Of a DNA stretch of 64,000 nucleotides, positions 17,867 through 29,506 are shown piece by piece. Every line of letters begins with the position of its first letter. Position 1 is the stretch's first letter. Made by a program: the position numbers and the translations under genes. This DNA comes from Akkermansiaceae bacterium (GTDB lineage: Bacteria > Verrucomicrobiota > Verrucomicrobiia > Verrucomicrobiales > DEV007): positions 35,884 to 99,883 of the forward strand of contig JACKQC010000020.1 in the NCBI GenBank assembly GCA_024233085.1, written 5' to 3'. Below the pieces are notes generated by a model. That model was not told the origin of the DNA. It searched no databases and saw only the letters and a program-made list of their open reading frames with translations.

Positions 17867-20017
17867 ATGAGCGCCAACCCCAATTCACCGAAACGAGACA
17901 TGCCGCTGGAGCGCACCCGCAACATCGGGATCGCGGCGCATATCGACGCCGGCAAGACCACGCTGACCGAGCGCGTGCTGTTCTACACGGGGATGATCCA
18001 CAAGATCGGGGAGGTGCATGACGGCGCCGCCACGACGGACTGGATGGAGCAGGAGCGCGAGCGCGGCATCACGATCACCTCCGCCGCGGTGAGCTGTAAA
18101 TGGAAGCAGCTCGAGCAGCCCGGCATTTACAAGATTTTCTCCGGCCAGGAGCAGCGGGTGAACATCATCGACACTCCCGGGCACGTGGATTTCACCGCCG
18201 AGGTGGAGCGTTCCCTGCGCGTGCTCGACGGCGCCATCGTTGTTTTCTGCGGGGTGGCCGGGGTGCAGCCCCAGTCCGAGACCGTGTGGCGGCAGGCGGT
18301 GAAATACAACGTCCCGCGCATCGTTTTCGTCAACAAGATGGACCGCGTCGGCGCGGACTTCGCGAATGTCGTCAAGGAAGTCCGCGAAAAGCTCGGGGCC
18401 AACGCCCACCCGGTCCTGATCCCGATCGGCGCCGAGGACCAACTGAAGGGGCAGATCGACGTGATCAACAAGAAGGCGGTCATTTACACCGATGACGACG
18501 TCTTCGGGTCCACCTACAAGATCGAGGAACTGAGCGACGAGCAGCGCAAGCTGGCCGACGAAGCCTACGAATCGCTGGTCGAGGCCCTCGTCGACGCCGA
18601 CGAGGAGATCGGCATGATGTATCTCGAGGAGGCGGAGATCACCCTCGCCGACGTCAAGAAAGCCCTGCGTCGCGCGACGATCGCCAACAAGGTGGTGCCG
18701 GTCGCTGGCGGTTCGGCTTTCAAGAACAAGGGTGTGCAGTTCCTCATCGACGCCGTGGTCGATTACCTGCCCAGCCCGCTGGAGATTCCGCCGGCCAAGG
18801 GCCAGGACCCGGACGACGAGTCGATCGTCCTCGAGGCTCCCGCCGACGACAACGCGAAATTCTGCGCGCTGGCCTTCAAGCTTTGGTCCGACAAGTTCGT
18901 CGGCAAGCTGGTCTTCATCCGCGTCTATTCCGGCACGATCACGAAGGGCGACCAGGTCATCAATCCGCGCACCCGCAAGAAGGAGCGCATCGGCCGCCTC
19001 ATTCAGATCCAGTCCGACGAGCACAAGGACATCGAGACTTGTTACTCGGGCGATATCGCCGCCATCGTCGGCATCAAGAACGTCAAGACGGGCGACACCC
19101 TGCACGCCGACGACTACGACATCATGCTCGAGCCGCCGGCCTTCCCCGAGCCGGTCATCTCGATGGCCGTCGAGCCGAAGACGAAGGCCGACCAGGAAAA
19201 GATGGCCAACGCCCTGCAGCGTCTCGCGGAGGAAGATCCGACCTTCGTGGTCAGCACCGACGAGGAAACCGGCCAGACCATCATCGCCGGGATGGGCGAG
19301 CTGCACTTGGAGATCATCCAGGACCGCATGAAGCGGGAATACAATGTCGAGACCAACTCCGGCAAACCGCAGATCGCCTACCGCGAAACGATCACCGTCG
19401 AGACCGACGCCGAGCACAAGCTGGTGAAGCAGACGGGCGGCCGCGGCCAGTACGGCCACGTCATTCTGAAGATCTATCCGAACGAGCGCGGCAAGGGCCT
19501 GACCACCGACAACAAGATCGTGGGCGGCACGATTCCGAAGGAGTATCACAACGCCTGTTTCGCCGGGATCAAGGAGGCGATGAACAACGGCGTCATCGCC
19601 GGCTACCCGGTGGTGGACGTGCATGTCGAACTGCTCGACGGCTCCTTCCACGAAGTCGACTCCAACGAGCAGGCCTTCAAGATGGCGGCCATCCTCGCGA
19701 TGAAGGACGGCTTCCGCAAGGCCAAGGCCATCCTGCTGGAGCCCATCATGGCGGTCGAAGTGGCCACGCCCGAGGATTACCAGGGCGACATCATCGGCGA
19801 CCTGAACCGCCGCCGCGGTCGCATCGGCCAGATCGACTCGAAGCAAGGACTCAGCATCGTGAAGTCCGAGGTTCCGCTGGCGGAGATGTTCGGCTATTCG
19901 ACCGACATGCGCAGTCTTTCGAGCGGTCGCGCCAGTTATTCGATGGAGCCCTCGCACTTCGAGCAGGTTCCGAACAACATCGTCTCGCAGATCATCGAGG
20001 AGCGCGGCGGCAAGTAA
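17867..20017 (+). CDS. fusA: Elongation factor G
   Basis: Internal ATG of ORF 17510..20017. [35 protein letters not shown]. An alternative ATG lies at 17900. Confidence 0.95.
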   Translation: MSANPNSPKRDMPLERTRNIGIAAHIDAGKTTLTERVLFYTGMIHKIGEVHDGAATTDWMEQERERGITITSAAVSCKWKQLEQPGIYKIFSGQEQRVNIIDTPGHVDFTAEVERSLRVLDGAIVVFCGVAGVQPQSETVWRQAVKYNVPRIVFVNKMDRVGADFANVVKEVREKLGANAHPVLIPIGAEDQLKGQIDVINKKAVIYTDDDVFGSTYKIEELSDEQRKLADEAYESLVEALVDADEEIGMMYLEEAEITLADVKKALRRATIANKVVPVAGGSAFKNKGVQFLIDAVVDYLPSPLEIPPAKGQDPDDESIVLEAPADDNAKFCALAFKLWSDKFVGKLVFIRVYSGTITKGDQVINPRTRKKERIGRLIQIQSDEHKDIETCYSGDIAAIVGIKNVKTGDTLHADDYDIMLEPPAFPEPVISMAVEPKTKADQEKMANALQRLAEEDPTFVVSTDEETGQTIIAGMGELHLEIIQDRMKREYNVETNSGKPQIAYRETITVETDAEHKLVKQTGGRGQYGHVILKIYPNERGKGLTTDNKIVGGTIPKEYHNACFAGIKEAMNNGVIAGYPVVDVHVELLDGSFHEVDSNEQAFKMAAILAMKDGFRKAKAILLEPIMAVEVATPEDYQGDIIGDLNRRRGRIGQIDSKQGLSIVKSEVPLAEMFGYSTDMRSLSSGRASYSMEPSHFEQVPNNIVSQIIEERGGK

Positions 20018-20045
20018 GCAAGAAATTCAGAAAGGATCACCCGAC

Positions 20046-20354
<309 letters not shown>

Positions 20355-20419
20355 ATTCGCGCCGGCCCGCGGGTGGACGGAGGTCCCCCGGCCCAGAACC
20401 CCATTAACTTTCCCTTCCC

Positions 20420-21124
20420 ATGAGCATCGGATTGATCGGCAAGAAACTCGGCATGACCCGCATCTTCACCGAAGACGGCGAGGCCATCGCGGTCACCGTC
20501 ATCGACGTGAGCGACAACGTTTTCGTGCAGAAAAAGACCCAGGAAAAGGACGGCTACACCGCGGTGCAGGTCGCCTTTGACGACCAGAAGGAATCCCGCC
20601 TCAACCAGCCCGACGCCGGCCATTTCAAGGCCCACGGGACGAAGGCCAAGCGTTTCGTGCGCGAGTTCCGCCTGGAGAGCGACGAGCAGTTGCCCGAGAT
20701 CGACCATCCCGGCCTCGACCTCTTCGAGGAGGGGCAGTGGGTGGACATCATCGGCACCTCGAAGGGCAAAGGCTTCCAGGGCGTGATGCGCCGCTACAAT
20801 TTCCAGGGCCAGCGCATGACCCACGGCTCGATGATGCATCGCCGCCCCGGCGCCATCGCCGCCGGTTCGACCCCCGGCCGCGTGTGGAAAAACCAGAAAA
20901 TGCCCGGCCAGCACGGCAACTTTCACAAGACGATCCAGAACCTGAAAATCGTCCGCAAGCGTCCCGAGGACAACGTGCTGCTCATCAGTGGCGCGGTGCC
21001 CGGCGCCAAGGGCGGTTACGTCATCATTCGTCCGGCCAAGAAGAAAGAGGGTCCCGTGCAGGATCTGAGCCAGAAAGCCGCTCCGGCCCCCGCCGCCGAG
21101 ACCCCCGAAGCCGCCGCCGAGTGA
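20420..21124 (+). CDS. rplC: 50S ribosomal protein L3
   Basis: [16 protein letters not shown]... with a ~25-aa Pro/Ala/Glu-rich tail. Confidence 0.95.
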   Translation: MSIGLIGKKLGMTRIFTEDGEAIAVTVIDVSDNVFVQKKTQEKDGYTAVQVAFDDQKESRLNQPDAGHFKAHGTKAKRFVREFRLESDEQLPEIDHPGLDLFEEGQWVDIIGTSKGKGFQGVMRRYNFQGQRMTHGSMMHRRPGAIAAGSTPGRVWKNQKMPGQHGNFHKTIQNLKIVRKRPEDNVLLISGAVPGAKGGYVIIRPAKKKEGPVQDLSQKAAPAPAAETPEAAAE

Positions 21125-21186
21125 TCCCGGCTCGTCCTCATCCCGTTTTTCACCCTTAGACAACCTTTTTCCTCCCAATCATCATC

Positions 21187-21801
21187 ATGGCTGCCAAAGC
21201 ATTCACCCTGGACGCGGCGAAGAGCGCGAAAATCGCGGTCATCGAGGACGGGCGCGGCAATCAGGCCGTGCACGACGTGATCACCGCGATGCGGGCCAAT
21301 CGCCGCTCCGGCACCGCGAACACCAAGACCCGCGGAGAAGTTTCCGCCTCCGGCCGCAAGCCCTGGCGCCAGAAAGGCACCGGTCGCGCCCGTTCCGGCG
21401 GCAACGCCTCCCCCATCCACTACGGTGGCGGCGTCGTTTTCGGCCCCCGGCCCCGCGATTACTCGAAGAAGGTCAACAAATCCACCCGCCGCCTCGCTTT
21501 CGCCCGCGCCCTGACCGAGCGGATCATGGACGGCGACGTGTTGACGGCCAAGGATTTCGCCATCGGCGACGGGAAGACGAAGAGCTTCATCCAGGCCGCC
21601 GGAGCCCTCGTGGCCACCGATCGGCTGCTCATCGTCGGAAAAGGCTTCGACGAAATGACCAAGCGCGCCGGACGCAACCACCAGCACGCCCTGCTGATGA
21701 CCGCCGACGAAGTCAACACCGAGCACCTGCTCTATTTCGACAAGATCGTCGTGCTCGACGACGCCCTCGAAACCCTCGCCGCCCGCACCGGCGGCGAATG
21801 A
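21187..21801 (+). CDS. rplD: 50S ribosomal protein L4
   Basis: ...[14 protein letters not shown]... Confidence 0.95.
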   Translation: MAAKAFTLDAAKSAKIAVIEDGRGNQAVHDVITAMRANRRSGTANTKTRGEVSASGRKPWRQKGTGRARSGGNASPIHYGGGVVFGPRPRDYSKKVNKSTRRLAFARALTERIMDGDVLTAKDFAIGDGKTKSFIQAAGALVATDRLLIVGKGFDEMTKRAGRNHQHALLMTADEVNTEHLLYFDKIVVLDDALETLAARTGGE

Positions 21802-22118
21802 CCCGCGATTTCACGCCCACCCCGAACGGAGACATGAAAGACATTTTCCAGGTTATCGAAAACATCCAGCTCAGCGAGAAGGCCACGCTGTTGACCGAGA
21901 CGAACAACGAATACGTGTTCAAGGTCGATCGCCGCGCCAACAAGCTGGAAATCAAGCAGGCGGTGGAAAAGCTCTTCGGCAAGAAAGTCGAGCGCGTCCG
22001 CACCGCCAACTACGACGGCAAGAAAAAGCGCGAGCGCCGCGCCGATTTCGGCCGCACCGCGCACTGGAAAAAGGCCTTCGTGAAGCTCCAGGAAGGCGAA
22101 ACCATCGACCTCGTCTGA
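21798..22118 (+). CDS. rplW: 50S ribosomal protein L23
   Basis: ATG overlaps the rplD stop (ATGA). The alternative ATG at 21834 ([10 protein letters not shown]...) gives a more typical length. Confidence 0.9.
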   Translation: MTRDFTPTPNGDMKDIFQVIENIQLSEKATLLTETNNEYVFKVDRRANKLEIKQAVEKLFGKKVERVRTANYDGKKKRERRADFGRTAHWKKAFVKLQEGETIDLV

Positions 22119-22162
22119 TTCGTCCGAGAATCCACCTTTTAACCCGCAACCTTTCGCGAGTC

Positions 22163-23008
22163 ATGCCGCTGAAAAAATACAACCCGGTCACCCCGTCCAG
22201 CCGCTACAAGCTGCTGCCCGACTTTGCCGAGATCACCAAGAAAACGCCCGAGAAAAGCCTCCTGGTGACCCTGAAGAAGTCCGGCGGACGCAACAACAAC
22301 GGCCGCATCACCTGCCGTCATCGCGGCGGCGGCCACAAGCGGAAGTACCGGATGATCGATTTCCGCCGCCAGCGTCTCGACGACACGGCCAAGGTCGTCG
22401 GCATCGAGTACGATCCGAACCGCTCCGCCCGCATCGCCCTGATCGAGTACGGGGACGGCCAGAAGAGCTACATCCTCGCCCCCCGCAACCTTGAAGTGGG
22501 CGCCGAGGTGCAGGCCGGCGAGAAGGCCCCGATCAAGCCCGGCAACGCCCTGCCCCTGTCGAAGATCCCGACCGGCACCGTGATTCACAACGTCGAGATC
22601 GTCCCCGGCCGCGGCGGCCAGGTCGCCCGCAGCGCCGGCCAGAGCTGCATCCTGAACAACCGCGAAGGCGACTACGCCCTCATCAAGATGCCCTCCGGCG
22701 AGATTCGCAAGATCAACGTCAAGTGCTTCGCGACCATCGGTGTCGTCGGCAATTCCGACCACATGAACGTGCAGAGCGCCAAGGCCGGCCGCACCCGCTG
22801 GAAGGGCATCCGCCCCACCGTGCGCGGCATGTGCATGAACCCGGTGGACCACCCGAACGGCGGCGGCGAAGGCAAGTCGAAGTCCGGCGGCGGACGCCAG
22901 CACCTCAAGAGCCCCTGGGGCCACGCCAAGGGCCAGACCACCCGCAAGAAATACAAGCCGAGCAACAAGTTCATCGTGCAGCGCGCGAAGAAGAAACGCC
23001 GCGGCTGA
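22163..23008 (+). CDS. rplB: 50S ribosomal protein L2
   Basis: ...[14 protein letters not shown]... Confidence 0.95.
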   Translation: MPLKKYNPVTPSSRYKLLPDFAEITKKTPEKSLLVTLKKSGGRNNNGRITCRHRGGGHKRKYRMIDFRRQRLDDTAKVVGIEYDPNRSARIALIEYGDGQKSYILAPRNLEVGAEVQAGEKAPIKPGNALPLSKIPTGTVIHNVEIVPGRGGQVARSAGQSCILNNREGDYALIKMPSGEIRKINVKCFATIGVVGNSDHMNVQSAKAGRTRWKGIRPTVRGMCMNPVDHPNGGGEGKSKSGGGRQHLKSPWGHAKGQTTRKKYKPSNKFIVQRAKKKRRG

Positions 23009-23066
23009 TCCCACTCCGACCCGAACCGATCGTTTTCCGACACGTTAACCACCCCCTTTATTTGCC

Positions 23067-23345
23067 ATGGGCCGTTCACTGAAAAAAGGACCCTTCGTCG
23101 ACCAGAAACTGCTGGTGAAAATCGACACCCAGAACGAGGCCGGCTTCAAGAAGCCGATCAAGACCTGGTCGCGCCGCTCGATGATTACCCCCGATTTCGT
23201 GGGCCACACCTTCCTGGTCCACAACGGGAAGGATTTCATCTCCGTTTTTGTCACCGAAAACATGGTCGGCCATCGGCTCGGCGAGTTTTCCCCGACCCGG
23301 AAATTCGCCGGCCACAGCGGTCACAACCCGAAAATCAAAGGCTGA
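23067..23345 (+). CDS. rpsS: 30S ribosomal protein S19
   Basis: [16 protein letters not shown]... Confidence 0.95.
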   Translation: MGRSLKKGPFVDQKLLVKIDTQNEAGFKKPIKTWSRRSMITPDFVGHTFLVHNGKDFISVFVTENMVGHRLGEFSPTRKFAGHSGHNPKIKG

Positions 23346-23386
23346 CCCAACCCTGTTTGGTCCCCGACCCAACCCTGTTGACTCCT
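23345..23386. repeat. REP-like hairpin cluster (2 units)
   Basis: GACCCAACCCTGTTTGGTC and GACCCAACCCTGTTGACTC, directly after the rpsS stop. Confidence 0.7.
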
Positions 23387-23404
23387 TCCCGTTTTCCCGA
23401 CCCG

Positions 23405-24253
23405 ATGACTCCTCCCCGTCAGACCCGATCGTCTCAACCGGCCGGTGGCACTCGTGCCGCCCTGGCGGCCGGAGCGGCGGCGGCGTTCGTGACCGTGGTG
23501 AGCCTGGAGGTCGTCGCCCCGGGACGGGCCGTCGCTCAGGAAAGCCGTGCCGCGCGCCCGGCCGCCTCGATCGAGGCGGAGGAGTTGCGGACCGCGCTCG
23601 AAGTTTCGCAAAAACAGCTCGCCGACACCCGCAAGCAGCTCGCCGCCTCGGAAACCAAGGTCGCGGCCCTCAGCGAGAGCCTCGCCGAGTCGAACCGTGT
23701 CTTCGAGGACACTCGCAAGGCTTACGAGGAATTGTCCCTGCGGATGGCGGCGTTCGGTGTCGATTTGCTCAAACCCGACCCGAAGAGCCTCGAACAGCGC
23801 CTGCTCAAGGCGGTGCACGACCAGGACCTCGCCGAGCAGGAGAAGCAGAAGATCGCCGCCCGGTTGCTGCGCCTGAGCGAGGCCGTCTTCAACCTGCTGC
23901 GGACCGTTCCCGAATCGCCCGACCGCGCCGGCGTCGAGACCGAGCTGCGCGCCGCCAACGAAACCCTCGGACTGGCCACCACCCCGGCGCACGAAACCGC
24001 GCGGAACCTGTCCGACGGACGCGTGGTGAGCATCGATCCGGAGATCGGCCTGCTGGTGCTCAATATCGGACGAAAGAGCGGCGTGCGCGTCGGAATGCCC
24101 TTGCGCATTCTGCGGGATGAACGGACTGTCGGCGCCGCTCTGGTCGTCGATGTGCGCGACGGCATCTGCGGCGCCGTGCTGCGGGACCTCGCCGCCAAGG
24201 GCGAAGACGTCAAGGTGGGCGACCGAATTCTGCCCGAGGTGCAGCAACTTTGA
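23405..24253 (+). CDS. Hypothetical membrane-anchored/secreted coiled-coil protein with C-terminal beta-rich domain, inserted in the S10 operon
   Basis: Internal ATG of ORF 23357..24253 (the upstream codons are REP-encoded). Hydrophobic segment AALAAGAAAAFVTVVSL. A long heptad-like region follows (ELRTALEVSQKQLADTRKQLAASETKVAALSESLAE...). C-terminus is GRVVSIDPEIGLLVLNIGRKSGVRVGMPLRIL...VKVGDRI. Confidence 0.6.
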   Translation: MTPPRQTRSSQPAGGTRAALAAGAAAAFVTVVSLEVVAPGRAVAQESRAARPAASIEAEELRTALEVSQKQLADTRKQLAASETKVAALSESLAESNRVFEDTRKAYEELSLRMAAFGVDLLKPDPKSLEQRLLKAVHDQDLAEQEKQKIAARLLRLSEAVFNLLRTVPESPDRAGVETELRAANETLGLATTPAHETARNLSDGRVVSIDPEIGLLVLNIGRKSGVRVGMPLRILRDERTVGAALVVDVRDGICGAVLRDLAAKGEDVKVGDRILPEVQQL

Positions 24254-24302
24254 ACCTTTAATGATCGATTTTTGAATTGTTAACAACTCGCCGCGTTTCA
24301 CG

Positions 24303-24767
24303 ATGGAAGTGACTTCGACCTACAAATTCGCCCGCGTCTCGGCGCGGAAGGCACGGGAAGTGGCCCGCGAGATCCAGGGACTGCCGGTCTCGGACGCGCT
24401 GGACATCCTCACCTTCACGCCGCGCAAGGCTGCTCACCTCATCGGCAAGACGGTGAAGGCCGCCATGGCCGACGCGGAAAACAACTTCGAACTCTCGCTC
24501 GACAAACTCGTCGTCAAGAGCGCCATCATCGGCGAGGGACCGACCTTCAAGCGCTTCCGCCCGCGCGCCCGCGGCTCCGCGTCGTCGATCCGCAAGCGCA
24601 CCAGCCATATCCGCATCGTCCTGACAGATCTGGAGGGCGCCGAAGACGCCGCCGCAGAGACCGCTCCGGAAACCGAGGCCGCCGCCGCGCCGAAGAAGAA
24701 AACCGCCGCGAAGAAGAAAACGGCCGCCGGGAAGAAGACCGCCGCGAAAAAGAAATCCGCCGAGTGA
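24303..24767 (+). CDS. rplV: 50S ribosomal protein L22 with Lys/Ala-rich C-terminal tail
   Basis: The core ends around SHIRIVLTD. It is followed by ...[27 protein letters not shown]. Confidence 0.95.
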   Translation: MEVTSTYKFARVSARKAREVAREIQGLPVSDALDILTFTPRKAAHLIGKTVKAAMADAENNFELSLDKLVVKSAIIGEGPTFKRFRPRARGSASSIRKRTSHIRIVLTDLEGAEDAAAETAPETEAAAAPKKKTAAKKKTAAGKKTAAKKKSAE

Positions 24768-24862
24768 AGAGGCGTCCGCCGCGCGGTTCGCAGCCGCCGG
24801 CCCTGCCCGACCGAATTTCCGATCATCACCCCGAATTTTTCACAGGAGAACAACACAACGCC

Positions 24863-25555
24863 ATGGGTCAAAAAGTTCATCCCACCGGTTTCCGCCTCGC
24901 CGTCAGCAAGGACTGGCGCTCGAAGTGGTACGCCCCGGAGAAGGATTTCGCCGATCAGCTTCACAGCGATCTGCGGGTCCGCGAGTATCTAAAGGAAAAG
25001 CTGCAGATGGCGGCCATCGCCAAGGTCGTGATCGAGCGCGCCTGGAACAGCGTGCGCGTGACGCTGCACACCTCCCGCCCCGGCATCGTGATCGGGCGCA
25101 AGGGCGCCGAGATCGAGAAAATGACCAGCGACATCAGCGGCATGTGCGGCGGCGCCCAGGTGAAGATCGACATTTTCGAAATCAAACAGCCCGAGCTGGA
25201 CGCCCAGCTCGTGGCGGAAAACGTCGCCGTGCAGTTGGAGCGCCGGATTTCCTTCCGCCGCGCCATGAAACGCGCCGTGCAGACGGCGATGGACTTCGGC
25301 GCGGAGGGCATCCGCATTCGCGTCGCGGGCCGTCTGGGCGGGGCGGACATCGCCCGCGCCGAGGCGTATCGCGAGGGCAAGGTGCCGCTGCAGACCCTGC
25401 GCGTGCCGATCGATTTCGGTTTCGCCGAGGCCCGCACCACCTGGGGGGTGATCGGCGTGAAATGCTGGATCAACAAGAAGGAAGACGCCGGCAACGCCGC
25501 CGGCTCGAACCGCCGTCCCGGGGCGGGAACCCGCCGCGGAGGCCGCCGTCACTGA
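24863..25555 (+). CDS. rpsC: 30S ribosomal protein S3
   Basis: Internal ATG of ORF 24764..25555: [12 protein letters not shown]... Confidence 0.95.
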   Translation: MGQKVHPTGFRLAVSKDWRSKWYAPEKDFADQLHSDLRVREYLKEKLQMAAIAKVVIERAWNSVRVTLHTSRPGIVIGRKGAEIEKMTSDISGMCGGAQVKIDIFEIKQPELDAQLVAENVAVQLERRISFRRAMKRAVQTAMDFGAEGIRIRVAGRLGGADIARAEAYREGKVPLQTLRVPIDFGFAEARTTWGVIGVKCWINKKEDAGNAAGSNRRPGAGTRRGGRRH

Positions 25556-25618
25556 GAAGCGGCGACCGGGCGCGAACGCAGAAACGAATTTTCAACACCA
25601 GACTGAGGAGACACAGCC

Positions 25619-26041
25619 ATGCCTTTGATGCCAAAACGGGTCAAGTTCCGCAAGACCCATCGCGGAAGCCGCGCCGGAAACGCCAAGCGCGGAACGAAAG
25701 TGAGTTTCGGGGAGTTCGGCCTGCAATCGCTGGATCGCGGCTGGATCACCAACCGCCAGATCGAGGCCTGCCGTGTTTCCATCAACCGTTACCTGAAACG
25801 TAAGGGGAAGGTCTGGATCCGCATCTTCCCGCACAAACCGGTGACCGCCCGTCCCCCGGAAACCCGAATGGGGAAAGGGAAAGGCGCCCCGGAGTTCTGG
25901 GTCGCCGTGGTGCGCCCGGGATCGATGCTTTTCGAGGTGGGTGGCGTGTCCGAGACCGCCGCCAAGGACGCCCTGCGCCGCGCCTCGGCGAAGCTCGGCC
26001 TCCGTTGCCGCTTCGTCAGCCGCACCCAACAACACGGCTGA
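25619..26041 (+). CDS. rplP: 50S ribosomal protein L16
   Basis: [16 protein letters not shown]... Confidence 0.95.
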   Translation: MPLMPKRVKFRKTHRGSRAGNAKRGTKVSFGEFGLQSLDRGWITNRQIEACRVSINRYLKRKGKVWIRIFPHKPVTARPPETRMGKGKGAPEFWVAVVRPGSMLFEVGGVSETAAKDALRRASAKLGLRCRFVSRTQQHG

Positions 26042-26071
26042 ACCGCCGCCGGCCGTTAACCGCCTTTTTCC

Positions 26072-26287
26072 ATGAAAATCAAAGAAATCCGCGAACTGAG
26101 CAACGACGAACTGGCCTCGCGCCGCCGGGACCTCAAGGAAGAGGCCCTGAATCTCCGCGTGCAGCAGGAGAGCGGCCAGTTGGAAAATCCCGCCCGCATC
26201 CGCCTGATCCGGCGCGAAGTGGCCCGGATCGAGTCCGTCCTCTCCCAGCGCCGTGTGAAGGCCGCCGCGGAAGCCGCCGGCGCCTGA
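26072..26287 (+). CDS. rpmC: 50S ribosomal protein L29
   Basis: [29 protein letters not shown]... Confidence 0.9.
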   Translation: MKIKEIRELSNDELASRRRDLKEEALNLRVQQESGQLENPARIRLIRREVARIESVLSQRRVKAAAEAAGA

Positions 26288-26357
26288 GCCCCGAGGCACC
26301 CCGCCGGAATACACGATTTACCCTCCCAGATATCACGAACCTTTCCTCCATTCGACC

Positions 26358-26645
26358 ATGAGCGAAGCCGCCGCCAACACCGATCCCCAGGCCGCCGACA
26401 ATCGCGGGAAGCGCAAGACCCGCATCGGCGTGGTTGTCTCCGACAAGATGAACAAGACGATCGTCGTCGAAGTGGTGCGCCGCGTGCCGCATCCGCAGTT
26501 CAAAAAGATCGTGAAGAAAACCACCAAACTCTACGCCCACGACGAGAAGGGCGAGGCCAAAATCGGCGACAAGGTCCTCATCATGGAGACCCGCCCGCTG
26601 AGCAAGACCAAGTGCTGGCGCCTGATCGAGGTTCTGGCGCATTGA
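26358..26645 (+). CDS. rpsQ: 30S ribosomal protein S17
   Basis: ...[18 protein letters not shown]...[10 protein letters not shown]... Confidence 0.9.
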   Translation: MSEAAANTDPQAADNRGKRKTRIGVVVSDKMNKTIVVEVVRRVPHPQFKKIVKKTTKLYAHDEKGEAKIGDKVLIMETRPLSKTKCWRLIEVLAH

Positions 26646-26716
26646 TCGATGACGCGGAAGCCGGCGCGCCCACCCATTTTCCCCTTCTTTCCGAACCCAA
26701 CGATCCCCCTTTCGTC

Positions 26717-27082
26717 ATGATCCAGATGGAATCCAAATTGCAGGTCGCCGACAACACCGGCGCCCGCGTCGCCAAGATGATTGGCGTCATCGGCAAGCGC
26801 ACGCGCTCGGCCGGCATTGGCGACATCATCACCGCCCACATCCGCGAGTCGATCCCCACGGCGAACGTGAAGAAGGGCGATGTGGTCCGCGCCGTCGTCG
26901 TGCGCACCGCGGCCCCGATACGCCGGGCCGACGGATCGGTGCTGCGCTTCGACCGCAACGCCATCGTCATCATCGACAAGGACAAGAACCCGCGCGGCAC
27001 CCGCATCTTCGGCCCCGTGGCCCGCGAGCTGCGCGAAAAGAATTTCATGAAGATCGTTTCACTCGCACCGGAGGTTTTGTGA
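26717..27082 (+). CDS. rplN: 50S ribosomal protein L14
   Basis: Internal ATG of ORF 26612..27082: [16 protein letters not shown]... Confidence 0.95.
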   Translation: MIQMESKLQVADNTGARVAKMIGVIGKRTRSAGIGDIITAHIRESIPTANVKKGDVVRAVVVRTAAPIRRADGSVLRFDRNAIVIIDKDKNPRGTRIFGPVARELREKNFMKIVSLAPEVL

Positions 27083-27318
27083 TGGCCAAGCGAATCAAGA
27101 CACACGTTAAGAAGAACGACGAAGTCGTCGTGATTGCCGGAAACCACAAGGGAGCCACCGGGAAGGTGCTCCAGGTTTTCCCGGAAAAGAGCCAGGTGCT
27201 CGTCGAGGGCGTCCGCCTCATCAAAAAACACGCCCGGCGCAGCCAGGACCGTCCCGAGGGCGGCATCATCGAGCGCGAAGGCCCCATCCATATTTCGAAC
27301 GTCAAGAAAACCGGCTGA
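27079..27318 (+). CDS. rplX: 50S ribosomal protein L24 (short form)
   Basis: [21 protein letters not shown] (KOW motif). GTG at 27079, or ATG at 27082. Confidence 0.9.
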   Translation: MMAKRIKTHVKKNDEVVVIAGNHKGATGKVLQVFPEKSQVLVEGVRLIKKHARRSQDRPEGGIIEREGPIHISNVKKTG

Positions 27319-27388
27319 AGCCCCCCGCGAGTCCGCCCTCCGGGCGAGACCGGCCCCGACCCCTGATCCCTGACCCTTGAACCAGACC

Positions 27389-28003
27389 ATGGAACCCACC
27401 ATGCAGACCCTCTACCGGGAAAAAGTGGCCCCGGCGTTGAAGGAGAAATTCCAATACGCCAACGTCCACCAGATCCCCAGGCTCTCGAAGATCGTCCTCA
27501 ACAGCGGCTTCGGCCAGACCGACGACCGCAAGGCGACCGCCGAGATCGTGATGGACGAAATCGCCGCCATCACCGGGCAGAAACCCGTGCCGACCCAGGC
27601 CAAGAAGGCCATCTCGAACTTCAAGCTGCGCGTCGGGGAAACCATCGGCGCCCGCGTCACGCTGCGGAACCGCCACATGTGGGAGTTCGCCGACCGCTTC
27701 ATCAACGTCGCCGTGCCGACCATCCGCGACTTCCGCGGCGTGTCGCCGAAGAGCTTCGACGGGCGCGGCAACTACACCCTCGGGATCAACGACCACACCA
27801 TTTTCCCCGAGATCGAGATCGACAAGGTCAAGCGGACCGTCGGCTTCGACATCACGTTTGTCACCACCGCCACGACCGATGACGAGGCGCGAGAATTGCT
27901 CATCCTGCTTGGCATGCCCTTCCGCAAGCCGGGGGGCGGCTCCACCCGCGCCGAAGGCGGCGGCGGTGACGAAGGCGACGGCGGCGAGGAAGGCGCCGAA
28001 TGA
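27389..28003 (+). CDS. rplE: 50S ribosomal protein L5 with Gly/Glu-rich tail
   Basis: ATG within ORF 27377..28003. ...LYREKVAPALKEKFQYANVHQIPRLSKIVLN... Confidence 0.95.
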   Translation: MEPTMQTLYREKVAPALKEKFQYANVHQIPRLSKIVLNSGFGQTDDRKATAEIVMDEIAAITGQKPVPTQAKKAISNFKLRVGETIGARVTLRNRHMWEFADRFINVAVPTIRDFRGVSPKSFDGRGNYTLGINDHTIFPEIEIDKVKRTVGFDITFVTTATTDDEARELLILLGMPFRKPGGGSTRAEGGGGDEGDGGEEGAE

Positions 28004-28053
28004 CCGAAACAACCCGGCAGGATTTTACCCGCAGTTTTTAACCCGAAAAGAAC

Positions 28054-28455
28054 ATGGCCGTTGTCAGTGACCCCATCGCGGACTTTTTGATCCGCTTCAA
28101 GAATGCCACCCGCGCCGAGAAAGAGGAGTTCACCGCTCCCTTTTCCAAGGCCAAGGCCGAGATCGCCCGCATCCTCAAGGAGGAGGGCTATCTCTGGTCC
28201 TACGAAGTCTCGACCGAGGAAGGCTCGCACCCCACCATCAAGGCCAAGCCCAAGTATCTTGACAGAACCCCGGCCCTGACCGATGTGAAGCGCGTGAGCC
28301 GCCCCGGCCTGCGCCAGTATGTCGGCGCCGGCGAGATTCCCCGGGTGCTGGGAGGCATGGGGATCGCGATCCTTTCCACCTCGAAAGGGCTCATGACCGG
28401 CCACCAGGCCCGCAAACAAAATATCGGCGGCGAACTGCTCGCCCTCGTGTGGTGA
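28054..28455 (+). CDS. rpsH: 30S ribosomal protein S8
   Basis: SDPIADFLIRFKNA...; starts 50 nt after rplE, so there is no room for rpsN. Confidence 0.95.
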   Translation: MAVVSDPIADFLIRFKNATRAEKEEFTAPFSKAKAEIARILKEEGYLWSYEVSTEEGSHPTIKAKPKYLDRTPALTDVKRVSRPGLRQYVGAGEIPRVLGGMGIAILSTSKGLMTGHQARKQNIGGELLALVW

Positions 28456-28539
28456 CGACGCGCTCCGCGGACCGCTTTCCCACCGCCCGTTTTTCCCGAA
28501 CGACCCCATCCATTTTTCCAACCCGAAAACCAGAGAGCC

Positions 28540-29082
28540 ATGTCGCGCATCGGCAAAAAAACCATTTCCCTTCCGGAAAAAGTTTCCGTGAAGGTGGACG
28601 ATCAGTCCCACGTCACCGTGGAAGGCCCGAAGGGCAAGCTGGAGTGGGATCTCCCCGCCGGCATTTCCCTGGTCGAGGAAGACGGACAGATCCGCCTCGA
28701 CAAGGAGCGTGAAGAGCGCCGCCTGCGCGCCCTCCACGGCACCAGCCGCAGCCTCATCGCGAATATGATCCAGGGGGTGAGCACCGGTTTCACCCGGGAA
28801 CTGGAGATCAAGGGCGTCGGTTTTCGCGCCACCGTCAAAGGGACCGTCCTCGACCTCAACCTCGGCTATTCCCATCCGCTCGAGCACCCCATCCCCGCCG
28901 ACCTTACCGTGACGGTCGAGGAGAACACCCGCATCAAGGTCGAAGGCATCGACAAGCAGCGCGTCGGCCAGTTCGCCGCCGACGTTCGCGGCTACTACCC
29001 GCCCGAGCCCTACAAGGGCAAAGGCGTCCGCTACAAGGACGAATACGTTCGCCGCAAGGCCGGCAAGAGCGTGCAGAAGTAA
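28540..29082 (+). CDS. rplF: 50S ribosomal protein L6
   Basis: [15 protein letters not shown]... Confidence 0.95.
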   Translation: MSRIGKKTISLPEKVSVKVDDQSHVTVEGPKGKLEWDLPAGISLVEEDGQIRLDKEREERRLRALHGTSRSLIANMIQGVSTGFTRELEIKGVGFRATVKGTVLDLNLGYSHPLEHPIPADLTVTVEENTRIKVEGIDKQRVGQFAADVRGYYPPEPYKGKGVRYKDEYVRRKAGKSVQK

Positions 29083-29135
29083 CCGATTCCCGCGTTCCCA
29101 CCCTTCGCGATTTCCCAATCCATTCCCGACCCAAC

Positions 29136-29492
29136 ATGAGCCAGTTCAACCGCAAGAAAGCCCGCGCCAGCGTCCACCGGCGCATCCGCAAAAAGGTGAC
29201 CGGCACCCCGGAGCGCCCGCGCCTCTCCGTGCACTTTTCCAACCGCAACGTCTACGCCCAGGTCATCGACGACGTGGCCGGCCGCACCCTGGCCGCCGCC
29301 TCGACCAAGGACCCGGAGGCCGGCTCGGCCGGCGCCAGCATCGACTCGGCCGTCAAAGTCGGCCAGTTGGTCGCCAAGCGCGCCAAGGCGGCGAAGGTCG
29401 GCGGCGTCGTCTTCGACCGCGGCGGCTACATTTTCCATGGCAAAGTCAAGGCGCTGGCCGATGCCGCGCGGGAAAGCGGACTCGAATTCTGA
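29136..29492 (+). CDS. rplR: 50S ribosomal protein L18
   Basis: ...[18 protein letters not shown]...[23 protein letters not shown]... Confidence 0.95.
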   Translation: MSQFNRKKARASVHRRIRKKVTGTPERPRLSVHFSNRNVYAQVIDDVAGRTLAAASTKDPEAGSAGASIDSAVKVGQLVAKRAKAAKVGGVVFDRGGYIFHGKVKALADAARESGLEF

Positions 29493-29506
29493 AGCAAGAC
29501 AGCCGA

